Shown here: positions 51,220 through 62,514 of the stretch, in pieces | How the letters are laid out: each line of letters begins with the position of its first letter | How positions within the stretch are numbered: position 1 is the stretch's first letter | Source: Desulfatiglandales bacterium | GTDB lineage: Bacteria > Desulfobacterota > DSM-4660 > Desulfatiglandales > Desulfatiglandaceae | NCBI GenBank assembly: GCA_963662465.1 | Contig: OY759599.1 | Span: forward strand, 5,120,001-5,184,000 | Length of the DNA: 64,000 nucleotides | Reading direction: 5' to 3' | Made by a program: the position numbers and the translations under genes | The notes under the pieces: generated by a model | Databases searched by the model: none | Told to the model about the DNA's origin: nothing | The model's input: only the letters and a program-made list of their open reading frames with translations

Positions 51220-52401
51220 GCATGAGACGGAAAACATCTTTGCTTTCAATAAAACCATTTCAATATTGGCGGCCAATTCGTTTTTTCATCGTAAAATAAA
51301 TGCATTACTTAATGCATCCGACCTTGAATCCACCGAACGATGCAAGGCTCGGGGAAAGGTGCCAAGGAAAAGGCCCCTGAACTCAGGCGACGCAAGGGAA
51401 GAATCAAAAAAATCAGGGTCACGGTGTTTGGCTTCAAGATATGGGTGGTTTGGGATCCGAACAGTGGCCTTCCCATCGCCATGCGTTTTGTCACTATTGA
51501 GGCCCATGATATCGCTTTGGCAGGTAAGCGAAGACTCCGAACGAGGTCATAAAGCAGACCATTGCTAACCTTTGAGAATATGTCGGGATTGTCTCCATTG
51601 CCATAGATCGCGGTTTTATGTGCGACAAGCTGTTATGGTGGCTCAATCGCAAAGGAATCATCTTTTATATTCCGGCAAAATCAAACCAAAATGTATACGA
51701 TGACGCCCTCTCGTTGGTGAAAACCGGCCTGCACGTCACAAGAGAGCGCATAAGAACCACGGGACATGGCAAAAACAGCAAGCAGGTCACTGACCCTTGG
51801 GACGTTGCAGGAATTGAGGGGTTGACCTCCGCAGGGTTTTACGGTGAACTTGGCAGCGGCAAGTCATGAAAACAAAAACGATTTTAGGCTAAATCCCATT
51901 AATGCAATAGTTGTTTTGCATGATCCATACAGGGAAAACAATCCTGATGTCAAAACGCTGGTTATTTTAACCAATGGGTCTGTCAGCAAGCCGCTGAAAG
52001 TTTACGATGGTTATGACGCTCGCAGTGAAATCGAAAACTCCCTGTTCAGAAAATCGAAACAGGGATGATTTATCAAAAGACCGCCGGAAAATAGCAAGGC
52101 CGGTTTTCTTGTCCATGCCTATCTCACCATTCTGACCATGGCGCTAACCAGGGCCTTCCGGATGATTCGGCAGGAAAAGCTTGAAGACGCAGGCGAAGAT
52201 ACGAGGATCAGAAAGTTCCGCCAAAAAGTACGGCAGGAAAACGCCAACAAATGTATCGTCTTCCACCATGCTCGCTACGCCATATTTTATCTCTATAAAA
52301 TCCTGATCCTCTGCGGCAAGACAGTTCTGAAGCCCCGTGGAGTTCCCGACAAAATCACGCGGGAAGATATTTTGCGTAAGCACGGAGCCTTGCTTAAATA
52401 A
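51220..52401 (+). pseudogene. DDE transposase (IS4-superfamily-like), multiply frameshifted
   Basis: FGFK, IDRGF, YIPAK, YDARSEIENSLFR fragments in different frames. Confidence 0.7.
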
Positions 52402-52775
52402 ACATTCCCCTCGTCCCAACCCAATCAAACTATTTGTGCCGCCTTGTTTCGCGCCCCTCCTATCCATTTTCTTTACGATTATCTGTAAGCAGCCTGCACG
52501 CATTTTCCCTGCCAAAGTCTGGACCTTCGACCAACATCCTGTATTTTCATAATAAATGTCGGCTACCCCAAGCCTCTTTAATTTTATTTCAGCATTACCC
52601 CTACGCTGGACAGAAAAACGCTCTATGCAGCATCTCTGACCTTATGGCGCACATTATAGCGCGACTTGCTTTTTGAGCTTCAGCTTATGTCGAATATCCA
52701 GTGAAGGTCCTTTTTGAAGTTTTCCCTGATCTGGAGCGACGACGATGGATGTAACGGACCGATCGGGATTTTAAG

Positions 52776-52886
52776 GGAAAAACTGCACCTGCCAAGACAG
52801 ATAAAAAAACGGCTGTTGTAGGCGCGGGACCCGCAGGGTTGTCCGCCGCCTATTATCTGAAAGAGGCATGCGGTAACCCTGTCTGA
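52776..52886 (+). pseudogene. fragment of GltD-like FAD oxidoreductase
   Basis: KKTAVVGAGPAGLSAAYYL then shifted HAVTL. Confidence 0.6.
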
Positions 52887-52969
52887 CAGAATGAAAATAA
52901 CAAAAAACCAGGTTTTTTTTGGGTAGAATCGGTGCTTTGCGGTATTAAAAACACAGGAAATCTTTGCGC

Positions 52970-53515
52970 CTACAATACCCAAAAAGTATATCCGTCCGGA
53001 GAAACAATCCAATTCCCCCCCATTAACGTGACGACCTGGAGCCTGTACATGCCAGCAGGCAGACCTCCGTTCAGCTTAGCTGCGAAACGGTTCGATCCGG
53101 TACTGGTTAGATTGAATTGAACGGGATAAGTTATGATAACCGAGCCTCCAGCCGGTAATGTAAGAAAAAAATAAACGTTTACAACACCCGTATTCCCGCA
53201 GTAGGCCTCGCTTACAAGGTATATATCTTCGCCTTCGGACAAAATGTTGATTGCCCTCTTCGATTCATAACCGGCAGCACTGGTAGCATAGTTCGTGAAG
53301 TTGAAATTTACGCCTCCAGAATCTAGCGATGTCGCCTGCTGCAACTTGGTTTTGATGGCGCCGGGATCAGTTTCAAAAACTTTGACTTCACAATTCTGGA
53401 ATTGGTCCGGTTCTGCAAAGGAAGCGCCGCAAAAACACAAGACCAGAGCAAGTGACAACACTACAGCATGGACTTTTTTCGTACCGAATCTCTCCGGCTT
53501 TTCAAACATGCTCAT
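52970..53515 (-). CDS. hypothetical secreted protein
   Basis: Strong SD, signal peptide ending ASFA, beta-rich body. Confidence 0.7.
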   Translation of the reverse strand: MSMFEKPERFGTKKVHAVVLSLALVLCFCGASFAEPDQFQNCEVKVFETDPGAIKTKLQQATSLDSGGVNFNFTNYATSAAGYESKRAINILSEGEDIYLVSEAYCGNTGVVNVYFFLTLPAGGSVIITYPVQFNLTSTGSNRFAAKLNGGLPAGMYRLQVVTLMGGNWIVSPDGYTFWVL

Positions 53516-53831
53516 TTTCCCCCTCCTTGAAATTATGAAAAGAATAGAAACAATAAAGAGGCATCCTTCTTCATAAAAGCAAAAACATAGGCTACATTTT
53601 TCAGTAGGTGCGAATTTATCTGCACATAGGTTTGCACTGTGCGGCTGAAGCGGCACCTACATGTTGTGCAGTCAATAGAAAAACTGCAAATCTAAACCCA
53701 GAAACGAAGGATGCTCAAAAAGAGACTATTTTGTATTAGTAAAAGTTACAGAAGTCAAGGATTTTCGATATTGACCAGGTCTAATAGTTTTGAAATGCCA
53801 TAGGCCCGGGATATTTTCATGATCTCTTGAT

Positions 53832-56800
53832 TCAGTGGAGCAGTTGATCCGGCCTCGGCGGTAAACCTTCACCACTGTCAATGACAAAACTGCCGGCCTG
53901 TTCGGGATCCCGGGTTTCACACCGTTCGGGGAGGAGTTCATCCGCGCTTAGAAAAGATTCCCGCAAGGGAACCATGGCGTTTACGATATCCTGAACGGGC
54001 GAGTTTACAATAATCTTCCCATCCTGGCCTTCTCTATTGGAAGAAGCCGTTATATAGCTGTCTTCCGAGCGGAAGACAGCGTCGGCATCAATGGTTATAT
54101 TCCCGCCGAAACCCCAGTCGGCATTGGCCGTGATATTGCTTTTTTCCAGGAGAACAAGTGTAGCGGCATCAATCGTCACATCGCCGCCGCCCCCGCCACC
54201 GAATGCCACGCTGGCATTGATAGCGCCGCCATGGGTCAACTGGATATCCTTACCCGAAATGTTGATGTTGCCGCCGGCGGCCCTGTCGGCCCTGGTCGCG
54301 ATGGCAGCATTGTTGATGCTCAACAAACCGGTGGATACGATATCAATGCTGCCGGCATTGCCTGATCCTGTGCTTTCGGCCTTTATGACGGCGTCTCCTG
54401 CAAGGTAAATATCCACTGCATTCAGTTGAATTGGGCCTCCCTGGCCGGAGCCTTCGGTGGAGGTACTGATTTGACTTTTGTTGCCTGAGAGCTTTATTTC
54501 TGAAGCCGCAACCGAAATAAAGCCTGCATCTCCTTTACCCTTTCCAATGGAAAAAATGCCGCTGAAACCAGCAGCCCCTTCTTCATGGGATATGGAAACA
54601 GATTCATCAGCGGTGATGGATATGTTTCCACCCTTACCCTCTACCAGCCCGGAACTGTTGATCGTTCCCCCATTTCTGATTTCCAGACGCCCAACCTTTA
54701 TGCCGATATTGCCGCCGGAATTTTGTCCCGAACTTTCGCTTTCGACGGTACCATGATTTTCAACGATCAAAGCACCAGCGGAAAGCGCTATATCACCCCC
54801 TTTTCCTTCTCCCGATGTGTTTGAAAATACACCACTCCGAGAAAAAAGGCCCTCCCCCCTAATATACACTCTATCTGTTGCAGAGATGCTGATGTTCCCG
54901 CCCCGGCCTGAACCCGAGGTACCGGCTGTAATTCGGCCTTCACCCGTTAACGATACGGTCCCGGCATTTACGGTAACATTTGCGCCGTCGCCTGAGCCTT
55001 TGGTCAAAACGCTAATTGCAGCACCATCGCTGATGCTCAACGATGGCGTGGAAATGCCGACTTGGCCTGCATCGCCATCACTGAAAGCGTTTGCGTAAAT
55101 GCCGCTCGTATATCCGCCTTGATTCCCCGATATGGATATGGATTCAGTTGCCGCTATGGTTAAATCCCCCCCCTTCCGCTGCCCGTAGTAGAACAATTGA
55201 TATCCCCGCCGGCCGAGATATCGAGCCGGGCCGTTTGAAGAACAACATCCGCGCCGATTCCAGCGCCACTGCTGACGCCCCTGATGGTTGCCTGGTTGGT
55301 GATAACAATCTCCCCACTTGAAATCGCCAGGATTCCCGCTTTCCCTTCGCCTTCATTGGACACATCAATGGCGCTGACAAAACCATTTTTAGTCCCGGAA
55401 ACAAGGATTGATTCAGTTGCCGCTATGGTAAGATTACCGCCTTTCCCTGCACCTTTGGTCTTGGTGGAGATGCATCCACCATCCGTGATTCGAAGCCTGT
55501 CGGCATGAATATCGACCTGGCCGCCGTCTCCGGACGATGCGGCAATTCCGCTGATGGCCCCACCGTCGGTTACAGTCAGTTCGGGTGCGTGTATTTCGAT
55601 ATGCCCCCCGTCGCCACTATCCAGGGACTCCGCGGTAACGGCACTGGTGAGATTTCCCTTTTTTCCGGAAATAGATATGGATTCTCGTGCATTTATGATA
55701 ATAGTTCCCCCGCTTCCCGACCCACCCATATTTCCTCCCCTGATGCCGCCGCCCCCACTGATTTCAAGGCTTCCCACGTTGATGTTCATGTCGGCTCCAC
55801 GGCCTTCATGAACGCCATCCGAAAATCCAAAAATCTGACCACCATCGGTGATATGCATTTCGGGTGTATTGATTTCCAGATGTCCTGCATCTCCGGTACT
55901 ATCAAAAGAGACAAGCGAAAAACCGCTGGTGTAGTCGCCGTTTATTCCCGAAATGGTAACGGATTCTCGGGCATTGACCCGCACATCTCCACCGTCCCCT
56001 TGAAATTCGGTGTTGGCGTCAATTAAGCCCCCGTCAAGAAGGTACAGGTTCTTCACATCGATGTGGATATCTGCACCCTTTTCCGCATTTTCAACTTTCG
56101 TTGTGATGACGCCCCTGTTTTGAAGGGTCAAATCGTCAGTAAGCACAATATCAACCGTTCCACCCCTGCCACTCAGTTGGGTTTTAGCGCTGATAGTAGC
56201 ATTGTCGATAACAAACCGCCCCCCCCGGATGAAAACGGAGCTGTTCCCAGGTCCGTCCGTGTTCAATTGGGCGTTTTCCGTCATCGTCAGAGTTCCCAAT
56301 TCATCAAAGGAATGGACGTCATCAACCCGGCCCTGGTCGTCGAACCCGGCCTCGCCTTTGGACGCCACCGATGTCAAATTGATAAGGCCACCTTTGGAAA
56401 CCAGACTCCCACCGGCCACCGTCACATCCCCTCCCACAATAGATAAGGTCTCCCCATCGGGAACCTTGAGATAGCTTCCTTCCACAGTAATCGGCGCCGC
56501 CGTATCATCCAGGAAGCCAAACGCGGACGGGGGATCCACCGTCAAAACGCTCTGCTCGGGATGGAAGGCGTCAAACCGTCCTGTTTCCCCCAGAAGGAGG
56601 CAATCAGCAGTACTCGCATGAAACGAACCATTCACGTCCAGAGTGGCGTTGGGGCCGAACATCATGCCCCACGGGTTGATCAGAAACAGGTTGGCCCCCG
56701 GAATCGTGCAACTGAGCCTCCCATCAATCAGGGAAGAGGCGCCCCCGGTGATACGACCGATGACATTCTGTATCCCGCCGGGTCCGGTAAAGGTCCCGCT

Positions 56801-57028
56801 TTCGCCGGTATTGATGTTAAAGGTCTCGAAGCTGTGAAAGAGGTTGGCCCCCGCCTGGGACCCCATTTTGTCGGTGATCACATAGTTGGGCCCGGACACG
56901 GCCCCTTTCTGACCGACGGTCCCATCCAGCACCACCTCGGCATGGGCAAGGGCAACCAGGCATACCAGTAAAGAAGAAGCTGTTCCGGTCCACCGAATGA
57001 CTTTTTGAAAACGATTAAACACTTTCAT
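53832..57028 (-). pseudogene. filamentous haemagglutinin family TpsA exoprotein split by frameshift in a G8 tract
   Basis: NLFHSF, NLFLINP TPS domain; GxGGxI repeats; C-terminal C..SF...GLPP. Confidence 0.85.
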
Positions 57029-57127
57029 AAGATCCCCCTTTTTCCATATCCATATGCCAAAGAAAGAAAACCTTGGCACAAAAACTCAACCCTGCACCCT
57101 GCACCCTGAACCCTGCCCCCTTCTCTC

Positions 57128-57935
57128 TCAAAACAACTCCCCCACAATCAAAAACTGAAACCCCTTATCCTGCAAGTCTTCATCCGCATCATCGAAGCTC
57201 ACAAACGGAATGGCCCCATAGGTCATCAGCCGGATTTTGTCCGTAATGTCCCAGCACAGCGCCAGTCCCAAACTATAGATTTGTCTTTGCCCGAAGGTGG
57301 GCGTGGATGTGTTCCAGGAGACGCCGTATTGAAGGCCCAGCATGGTATCGCGGGCCATAATCGGGATGCTGTAGGCGGCATTCCAGTCTGCCAGACTGTT
57401 GGTGGTCACACCGATGTCGGCGACCAGGATGTTGCTGTTTCCGGTGAGGTTGTCGTGGATAAAATGCATGCCGCCTCGTACGCTACCAATGGCCGGAGAG
57501 ACAACATTACCCACCTCGGCGCCGATGGTGTAGGGCAAATTTTCCTCCACCTGGACCCTCAGAACGCTTTCGTCCTTTTCCACGCCGGGACTCAGCTTTG
57601 CGTTAATGCGCTCGATGCGAGGGTCTTGCTGCAACACAAGCAGGGATTCCCTCAGATCAAAGATATTGAGGGGAAGACCAGAACCCAGCTTCAGACGCTT
57701 TTCCAGGTAACTGTTGCGGAAGTATTCATTTCCGGAAATTTCAATTTTCGAAAGGGACGCCTCAACAACGTGAAGGGCCAAAACCCCGTCGGTTATCTTC
57801 TGATCCGGGATGATGACCCCCAAATTGACATATCCCTTGTCCACATAGTATTGCGTTAGCTTGCGTCTGAGATCCTGCAGTTCCTCGGAGGTGATTTCCC
57901 GGTTTTCAGAAGGCGCCAAAATCTCCGATAATTCC
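57128..57935 (-). pseudogene. ShlB/FhaC TpsB transporter, 5'-truncated and internally deleted
   Basis: LTQYYVDKGYV POTRA, DNLTGN, terminal F; only about 270 aa, no signal peptide. Confidence 0.8.
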
Positions 57936-58269
57936 ACTTTTAAGCAGAAAGTAAGTTGTTTCATTTAGCATGCCGGAACTGGGAAATCAACGGAATTTCA
58001 GAGTTCCTGGTAAATGACCTTTACACAACCTAACTGTTTGAAATCGTTATACGGGATCTTCTCATAATTTCATGTGCATTTCAGATTTTAATGCAGCATA
58101 ACTAGCTGAAGACATTAGATTGGTGAAAATATTTTTTTTATTGACAAATGAAAACTGAAAAATTATCTTCAGACCATGATTGTCAAAACAGAAAAAATGG
58201 CTCATCGCGGATTAATGGGAAGAATCGATATTTCGAACCAAAGATGTTAGATGTCAAAAAGCTCTGCTT

Positions 58270-58313
58270 GTTCCCACGCTCCGCATGGGAATGCGCTTTG
58301 GACGCTCTGCGTC
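58270..58313. repeat. REP-like half element
   Basis: GTTCCCACGCTCCGCATGGGAA...GGACGCTCTGCGTC, related to 60187-60330. Confidence 0.6.
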
Positions 58314-58345
58314 GACTGGGATAAAGCAATGAAAAGCTAATACAA

Positions 58346-59057
58346 GAATCTATCCGAAAAATAATTTTCGGTTAACTTCCTTTTCAAAATCAATGAATTA
58401 TATTGATTCAAAGGAGGAACTTAACCATGCAGAAAAGATTCGAAGGACTCGCTCAGGCTCAGTATGAAATTTTTGAACCCTTTCTTCCGTATAATCGCTA
58501 TTGCCGAATCAGCCGGATTGATCAATTGGGAACGTGCTTCTATAGACGGCTCCTTTGTTGCGGGTAAGGGGGCGGTGAAGAGGTACAATATGGCTACAAA
58601 GGCAAGGGAGTTACTCTCCACTGTCTTGATGATACCCCGTCGCTCGTGGCCGGACAGAAAAACACCCAGAGGAAGACCGCCCAACGAACCGATTGATAGG
58701 TGGAAAGTGGAGCGTACCTTTGCATGGTTGCAAAAGAAGTATCGTCGCCTGGTCGTACGTTGGGAGCGAAAAAATCGATATTGGCTCGGTTTTGTTCTCC
58801 TTGCTTTATGTATGATGTGGATAGAAAAAATTTTGCAATGAAGTCAGTTGTATCGACCTCGCTATTTCAGGGCCTAAAAGTGGATATTTAACCATCAAAT
58901 ACAGCGGTTTATATCATTCTATATGCAAAAACTGAGACTGTTTAATCCTGTTTCAAGACATGGTCTTCTTACCTGAAACAATTGTATCCCTATACAACTT
59001 TGGAACTGAAAATTTTTAGCGTAACGAAGTTCGATGTATGATTTTTCGGATAGATTC
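58346..59057 (+). mobile_element. internally deleted IS5-family element with perfect 17-bp TIRs
   Basis: GAATCTATCCGAAAAAT / ATTTTTCGGATAGATTC; transposase pieces SIDGS and RWKVERTFAWL..YRRLVVRWER. Confidence 0.85.
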
Positions 59058-59064
59058 AAGGCTT

Positions 59065-59352
59065 TTACTGGATACGAACAACTTCAGGCTTGTTCCGTTT
59101 TCTGAATGGGTTGAGAGGAGGACGCTTTCTTGCGGGAAGCTGAATATGCCCCTCTCTGTGAAGTTGCAACATGAACCCCCGGCACGCCATACCCTTCAAG
59201 GTCCCATTGGGTTGCACCCAGTCCCATGCTTTACAGAGTTTTTTCGATAGTGCAAACCGGCTGTCATTTGGGTTCTCAGCTATTAACCCCTTTATAAAGG
59301 AGATATCCTCGGTCTTGAAGCTCTTGCCTCTGTATTTGATTGCCAGGTCCAT
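59065..59352 (-). pseudogene. N-terminal part of DUF4338 domain protein (transposon-associated)
   Basis: YRGK..I..I..NP..SR..LS..LC..W.W.QPNG.LK.MACR..ML.L. Confidence 0.7.
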
Positions 59353-59406
59353 AAGAAGAACATAATGCATCCTTCCCGAGAACGTAAGCGGTCAGTGGCA
59401 TTTTTT

Positions 59407-59760
59407 TCAACTACAATTGATTTTTTTCCATAACGGTGCCGCGCTATTCGGATTATTGTTCCATAGCAGCATCTGCAGTTCATGCGCCGCCAGTTGGTCC
59501 ATTTGGCCTTTTTCCCTTCCTGGCCACCAATGAAAGCGTCCCTCCGAAAGCCGTTTCTGGCACAACCAGAACCCTTGGCCGTCATATACCAGGATTTTTA
59601 TGGCAGATCCCCGTTTATTTCGGAATACGAAAACATACCCGGAAAACGGATCGCTTTTCAAAACACGACGGCATATTGCGGCCAGGCCATCAATGCCTTT
59701 ACGAAAATCCACAGGTTCAACTGCCAGAATGATCCGCATCTGCGGCGTTATTTGCATCAT
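59407..59760 (-). CDS. tnpB: IS66 accessory protein TnpB
   Basis: PVDFRKGIDGL, FVFRN, YDGQGFWLCQKRL; GTAAGCG IS66-like end at 59384. Confidence 0.9.
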   Translation of the reverse strand: MMQITPQMRIILAVEPVDFRKGIDGLAAICRRVLKSDPFSGYVFVFRNKRGSAIKILVYDGQGFWLCQKRLSEGRFHWWPGREKGQMDQLAAHELQMLLWNNNPNSAAPLWKKINCS

Positions 59761-60133
59761 GGCTGCTGGCTCCAGAATGTTTGGGTCAAGGATACAAGGT
59801 TGATATCCGTGTGGCCTTTCACATGGATTTTCATTTTGCCACCGGCTTTGTTTTCCAGCTCTAAACTGATTTCACCAAAAACCATTGGTGGCAATTCAAT
59901 AAAAGCCGCCCGATTGGGTTCTTCTGAAGACATCATGCGCTGGGCTTCTACACGATCCTTGAGGGCAGTGTAGTTCAGATGCAAATCCTTTGATATTTGC
60001 TATATAGCGTAGGACTCACTAAGGGATATGGCAACATCCCATAATTCTTCAGGGATGGGACCGCGCTTTTTCCGGGTTTTACGCCAATCAACAAACTGGC
60101 TTTGAGCTTTTTCGAGGCTGAGCTTCAGATTTG
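59757..60133 (-). pseudogene. IS66 TnpA-like protein, nonsense codon and 5' truncation
   Basis: WRKTR..GPIPEELW..A..L...I*QISKDLHLNY..LK, AFIEL. Confidence 0.7.
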
Positions 60134-60381
60134 CGGTTCATTGCGGATTAACGTGAAAAAGAGAATTTTGTTGTTCCCTCGGGCTGGTTCCCATGCTCTG
60201 CGTGGGAACCTACCTTGGACGCTCCCGCGTCCGACAATTCGTCTTTTGAACCGCTACATGCCCATTTCTTAGGGGTCCAAACCGGGACGCAGAGCGTCCG
60301 AAAACCGTTCCCACGCAGAGCATGGGAACGAGTGCGAAAGCGAAGTCAGTAGCGATTTTCACGTTAATCCGCGATGAACCG
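60134..60381. mobile_element. 248-bp MITE-like element with 26-bp TIRs and internal REP-like palindromes
   Basis: CGGTTCATTGCGGATTAACGTGAAAA vs TTTTCACGTTAATCCGCGATGAACCG (1 mismatch). Confidence 0.8.
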
Positions 60382-60446
60382 AATTGTTTAGGTGGCAGTT
60401 TGTCTGAAAATTTCAGAGCTTTTTTGGTCAGATCAAGCCTAAACAT
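60382..60446 (-). pseudogene. RelE/ParE-type toxin, truncated by MITE
   Basis: MFRLDLTKKALKFSDKLPPKQ, overlapping antitoxin stop. Confidence 0.65.
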
Positions 60447-60681
60447 TTTCTCTGCTCATAAAAGCCATGGTTTCTTTCGATCCAACATATCCACCCTTCT
60501 CAGCTCTTGCCGCCTTTTCAGCCCAATAAGCATTTTCAATTCGGGTGAGACGCTCATATTCCTAAAAGACGATCAGAACAATGGATTTACGACCCGTTTT
60601 CTCAACAATAACAGCTTCCTTTCTGGCAATATCGGAGAATTTTCCAAACTTGTTTTTTACTTCCGTGGCGGTTGCTTCCAT
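60439..60681 (-). pseudogene. Phd/YefM antitoxin with in-frame TAG at codon 40
   Basis: MEATATEVKNKFG..EAVIVEKTGR..VLIVF*EYERL. Confidence 0.8.
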
Positions 60682-61032
60682 ATCAGGTTCCTTGAATTTT
60701 TAGCTATTTTTGTTTTTTTAGCTGAAACAGTCAATACCTTTAGAAATCCGGGACGTGGGGACACCATAATAGACCGCTGTAACCACATCCCTGTTGGAAC
60801 ACAGCACACACCCGGGCAGAAAAGAGAAACTGTGGCAGGGTTATGGTATGCTATGATGCAATATTTTCGCGGAAAGTCCGGGTTAGCAGCAGCAAAGGTG
60901 TATCTTCATCGGATTCTGTGGATTAGAAGCACGCTGCCAACCAGGCTTCGTGCATGGTGAAAAGCCCGATTTCCGCGAAGTGAGCATTCGGCCAGCGGCG
61001 GGTAGGCTTTTAGTTTGTTACAAAGATGCTGA

Positions 61033-61701
61033 TTAGCCTGAAGTATCATATTTGCGGTGTCTTGGGATCTCGCCTTCAATCATATAGATCACTTCCTCAG
61101 CGATGTTGGTGGCATGATCGGCAATCCGTTCAAGGTGACGGGCAATCAGCAAAAGATTGAGCAGGGTTGCAACCCGATCAGGCTGCTTCTTAATCGCCTC
61201 CTTCACTTCATCATAAATCATGTGGTTCATGCGATCCACGTCGTCGTCGTCAAGGCACACCTTGTAAGCCAGATCCACATCCTGGTTTACCAGGGCGTCA
61301 AGACTGTCTTTGAGCATGGCCTCAGTTTTTTCCGCCATGGTGGAAAACTCGAATGGCGCCGAAAGGGGCAGGCGTTTGGCTATGTTTTCCACCCGTTCGG
61401 CGATGTTGACCGCCTCATCACCCACCCGCTCCAGGTCGTTGTTGATCTTGATAACAATATTGATAAACCGCAAATCCACGGCAACGGGCTGGTGAAGGGC
61501 AATGATTTTGAGGCATTCCTCTTCCACTTCCACTTCGGCCGCATCGATTTCCCCGTCGGATTCGATAATTTGTCGTGCTAGCGCGCCATCCCTTGTCTCA
61601 AATGCTCTGATGCTCATTCGCACACGCTCCTCGGCCATGGCGCCCAGGGAGAGTATCCGTTTTTTCAAATTCTCCAGTTCTTTTTGTAAATGCCTTTTCA
61701 T
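61033..61701 (-). CDS. phoU: phosphate signalling protein PhoU
   Basis: HQPVAVDLR, DLERVGD, LERIADHATNIAE. Confidence 0.95.
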   Translation of the reverse strand: MKRHLQKELENLKKRILSLGAMAEERVRMSIRAFETRDGALARQIIESDGEIDAAEVEVEEECLKIIALHQPVAVDLRFINIVIKINNDLERVGDEAVNIAERVENIAKRLPLSAPFEFSTMAEKTEAMLKDSLDALVNQDVDLAYKVCLDDDDVDRMNHMIYDEVKEAIKKQPDRVATLLNLLLIARHLERIADHATNIAEEVIYMIEGEIPRHRKYDTSG

Positions 61702-61731
61702 GAAAATTTCCTCATTGTTTGCCTCGCGAAT

Positions 61732-62493
61732 TTAACCAAATCGGCCGGTAATGTAATCGGATGTCTGCTTCAATTTCGGTCGGGTAAAGAGGGCCTCGGT
61801 CAGGCCCTCTTCAATGAGCTTTCCGAGATAAAAGAAGGCGGTCACATCCGATACCCTTGCGGCCTGCTGCATGTTGTGGGTAACGATAATAATGGTGTAG
61901 GTCTCTTTCAACACATGGATCAATTCCTCGATCTTCTGGGTAGCGATGGGATCCAGGGCCGATGCCGGCTCATCCATGAGCAGCACCTCCGGTTCCACCG
62001 CCAGGGCCCGGGCAATGCAGAGCCGTTGCTGCTGCCCACCGGAAAGGCCCAGGGCTGAATTGTTAAGCCGATCCTTGACCTCATCCCACAGGGCCGCGTG
62101 CTTCAGGCTGGTCTCTACCCTGTTGGCCAGAAGATCCTTATTTTTAAGACCGTTCACGCGCAGGCCGTAGGCCACATTTTCATAAATGGTTTTGGGAAAG
62201 GGATTCGGTTTTTGAAAAACCATGCCCACATGGCGACGGAGCGATACCACGTCAACGCTCGGATCATAGATGTCATCACCATCAAGGAGAACCTTGCCCT
62301 CGGCTCTGCTGTAGGGAATTAAATCGTTCATTCGGTTGAGGCAACGCAACAGGGTACTTTTTCCGCACCCGGAGGGACCGATGAGGGCCGTCACCTGGTT
62401 TTGGTGGAAGTCGAGTGCAATTCCGTAAAGCGCCTGAACATCACCGTAATAAAAATTGAGCGCTTTTACCGACATCTTGGGTGAATTTTCCAT
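61732..62493 (-). CDS. pstB: phosphate ABC ATPase
   Basis: [23 protein letters not shown]. Confidence 0.96.
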   Translation of the reverse strand: MENSPKMSVKALNFYYGDVQALYGIALDFHQNQVTALIGPSGCGKSTLLRCLNRMNDLIPYSRAEGKVLLDGDDIYDPSVDVVSLRRHVGMVFQKPNPFPKTIYENVAYGLRVNGLKNKDLLANRVETSLKHAALWDEVKDRLNNSALGLSGGQQQRLCIARALAVEPEVLLMDEPASALDPIATQKIEELIHVLKETYTIIIVTHNMQQAARVSDVTAFFYLGKLIEEGLTEALFTRPKLKQTSDYITGRFG

Positions 62494-62514
62494 AAAGTTC
62501 CTAATTCCAGTCCA

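Noticed and set aside
59065..59370. Druantia DruA defence system
   Set aside because: Truncated DUF4338 in an IS context; no other dru genes
60562..60564. Pyrrolysine recoding in the antitoxin
   Set aside because: No pyl context; partner toxin is destroyed, so a nonsense mutation is simpler
60868..60883. GGAAAGTCCGGG resembling rnpB
   Set aside because: No other RNase P elements; chance match
60322..60960. 212-aa plus-strand ORF
   Set aside because: Spans the MITE and antisense of the TA remnants; no motifs
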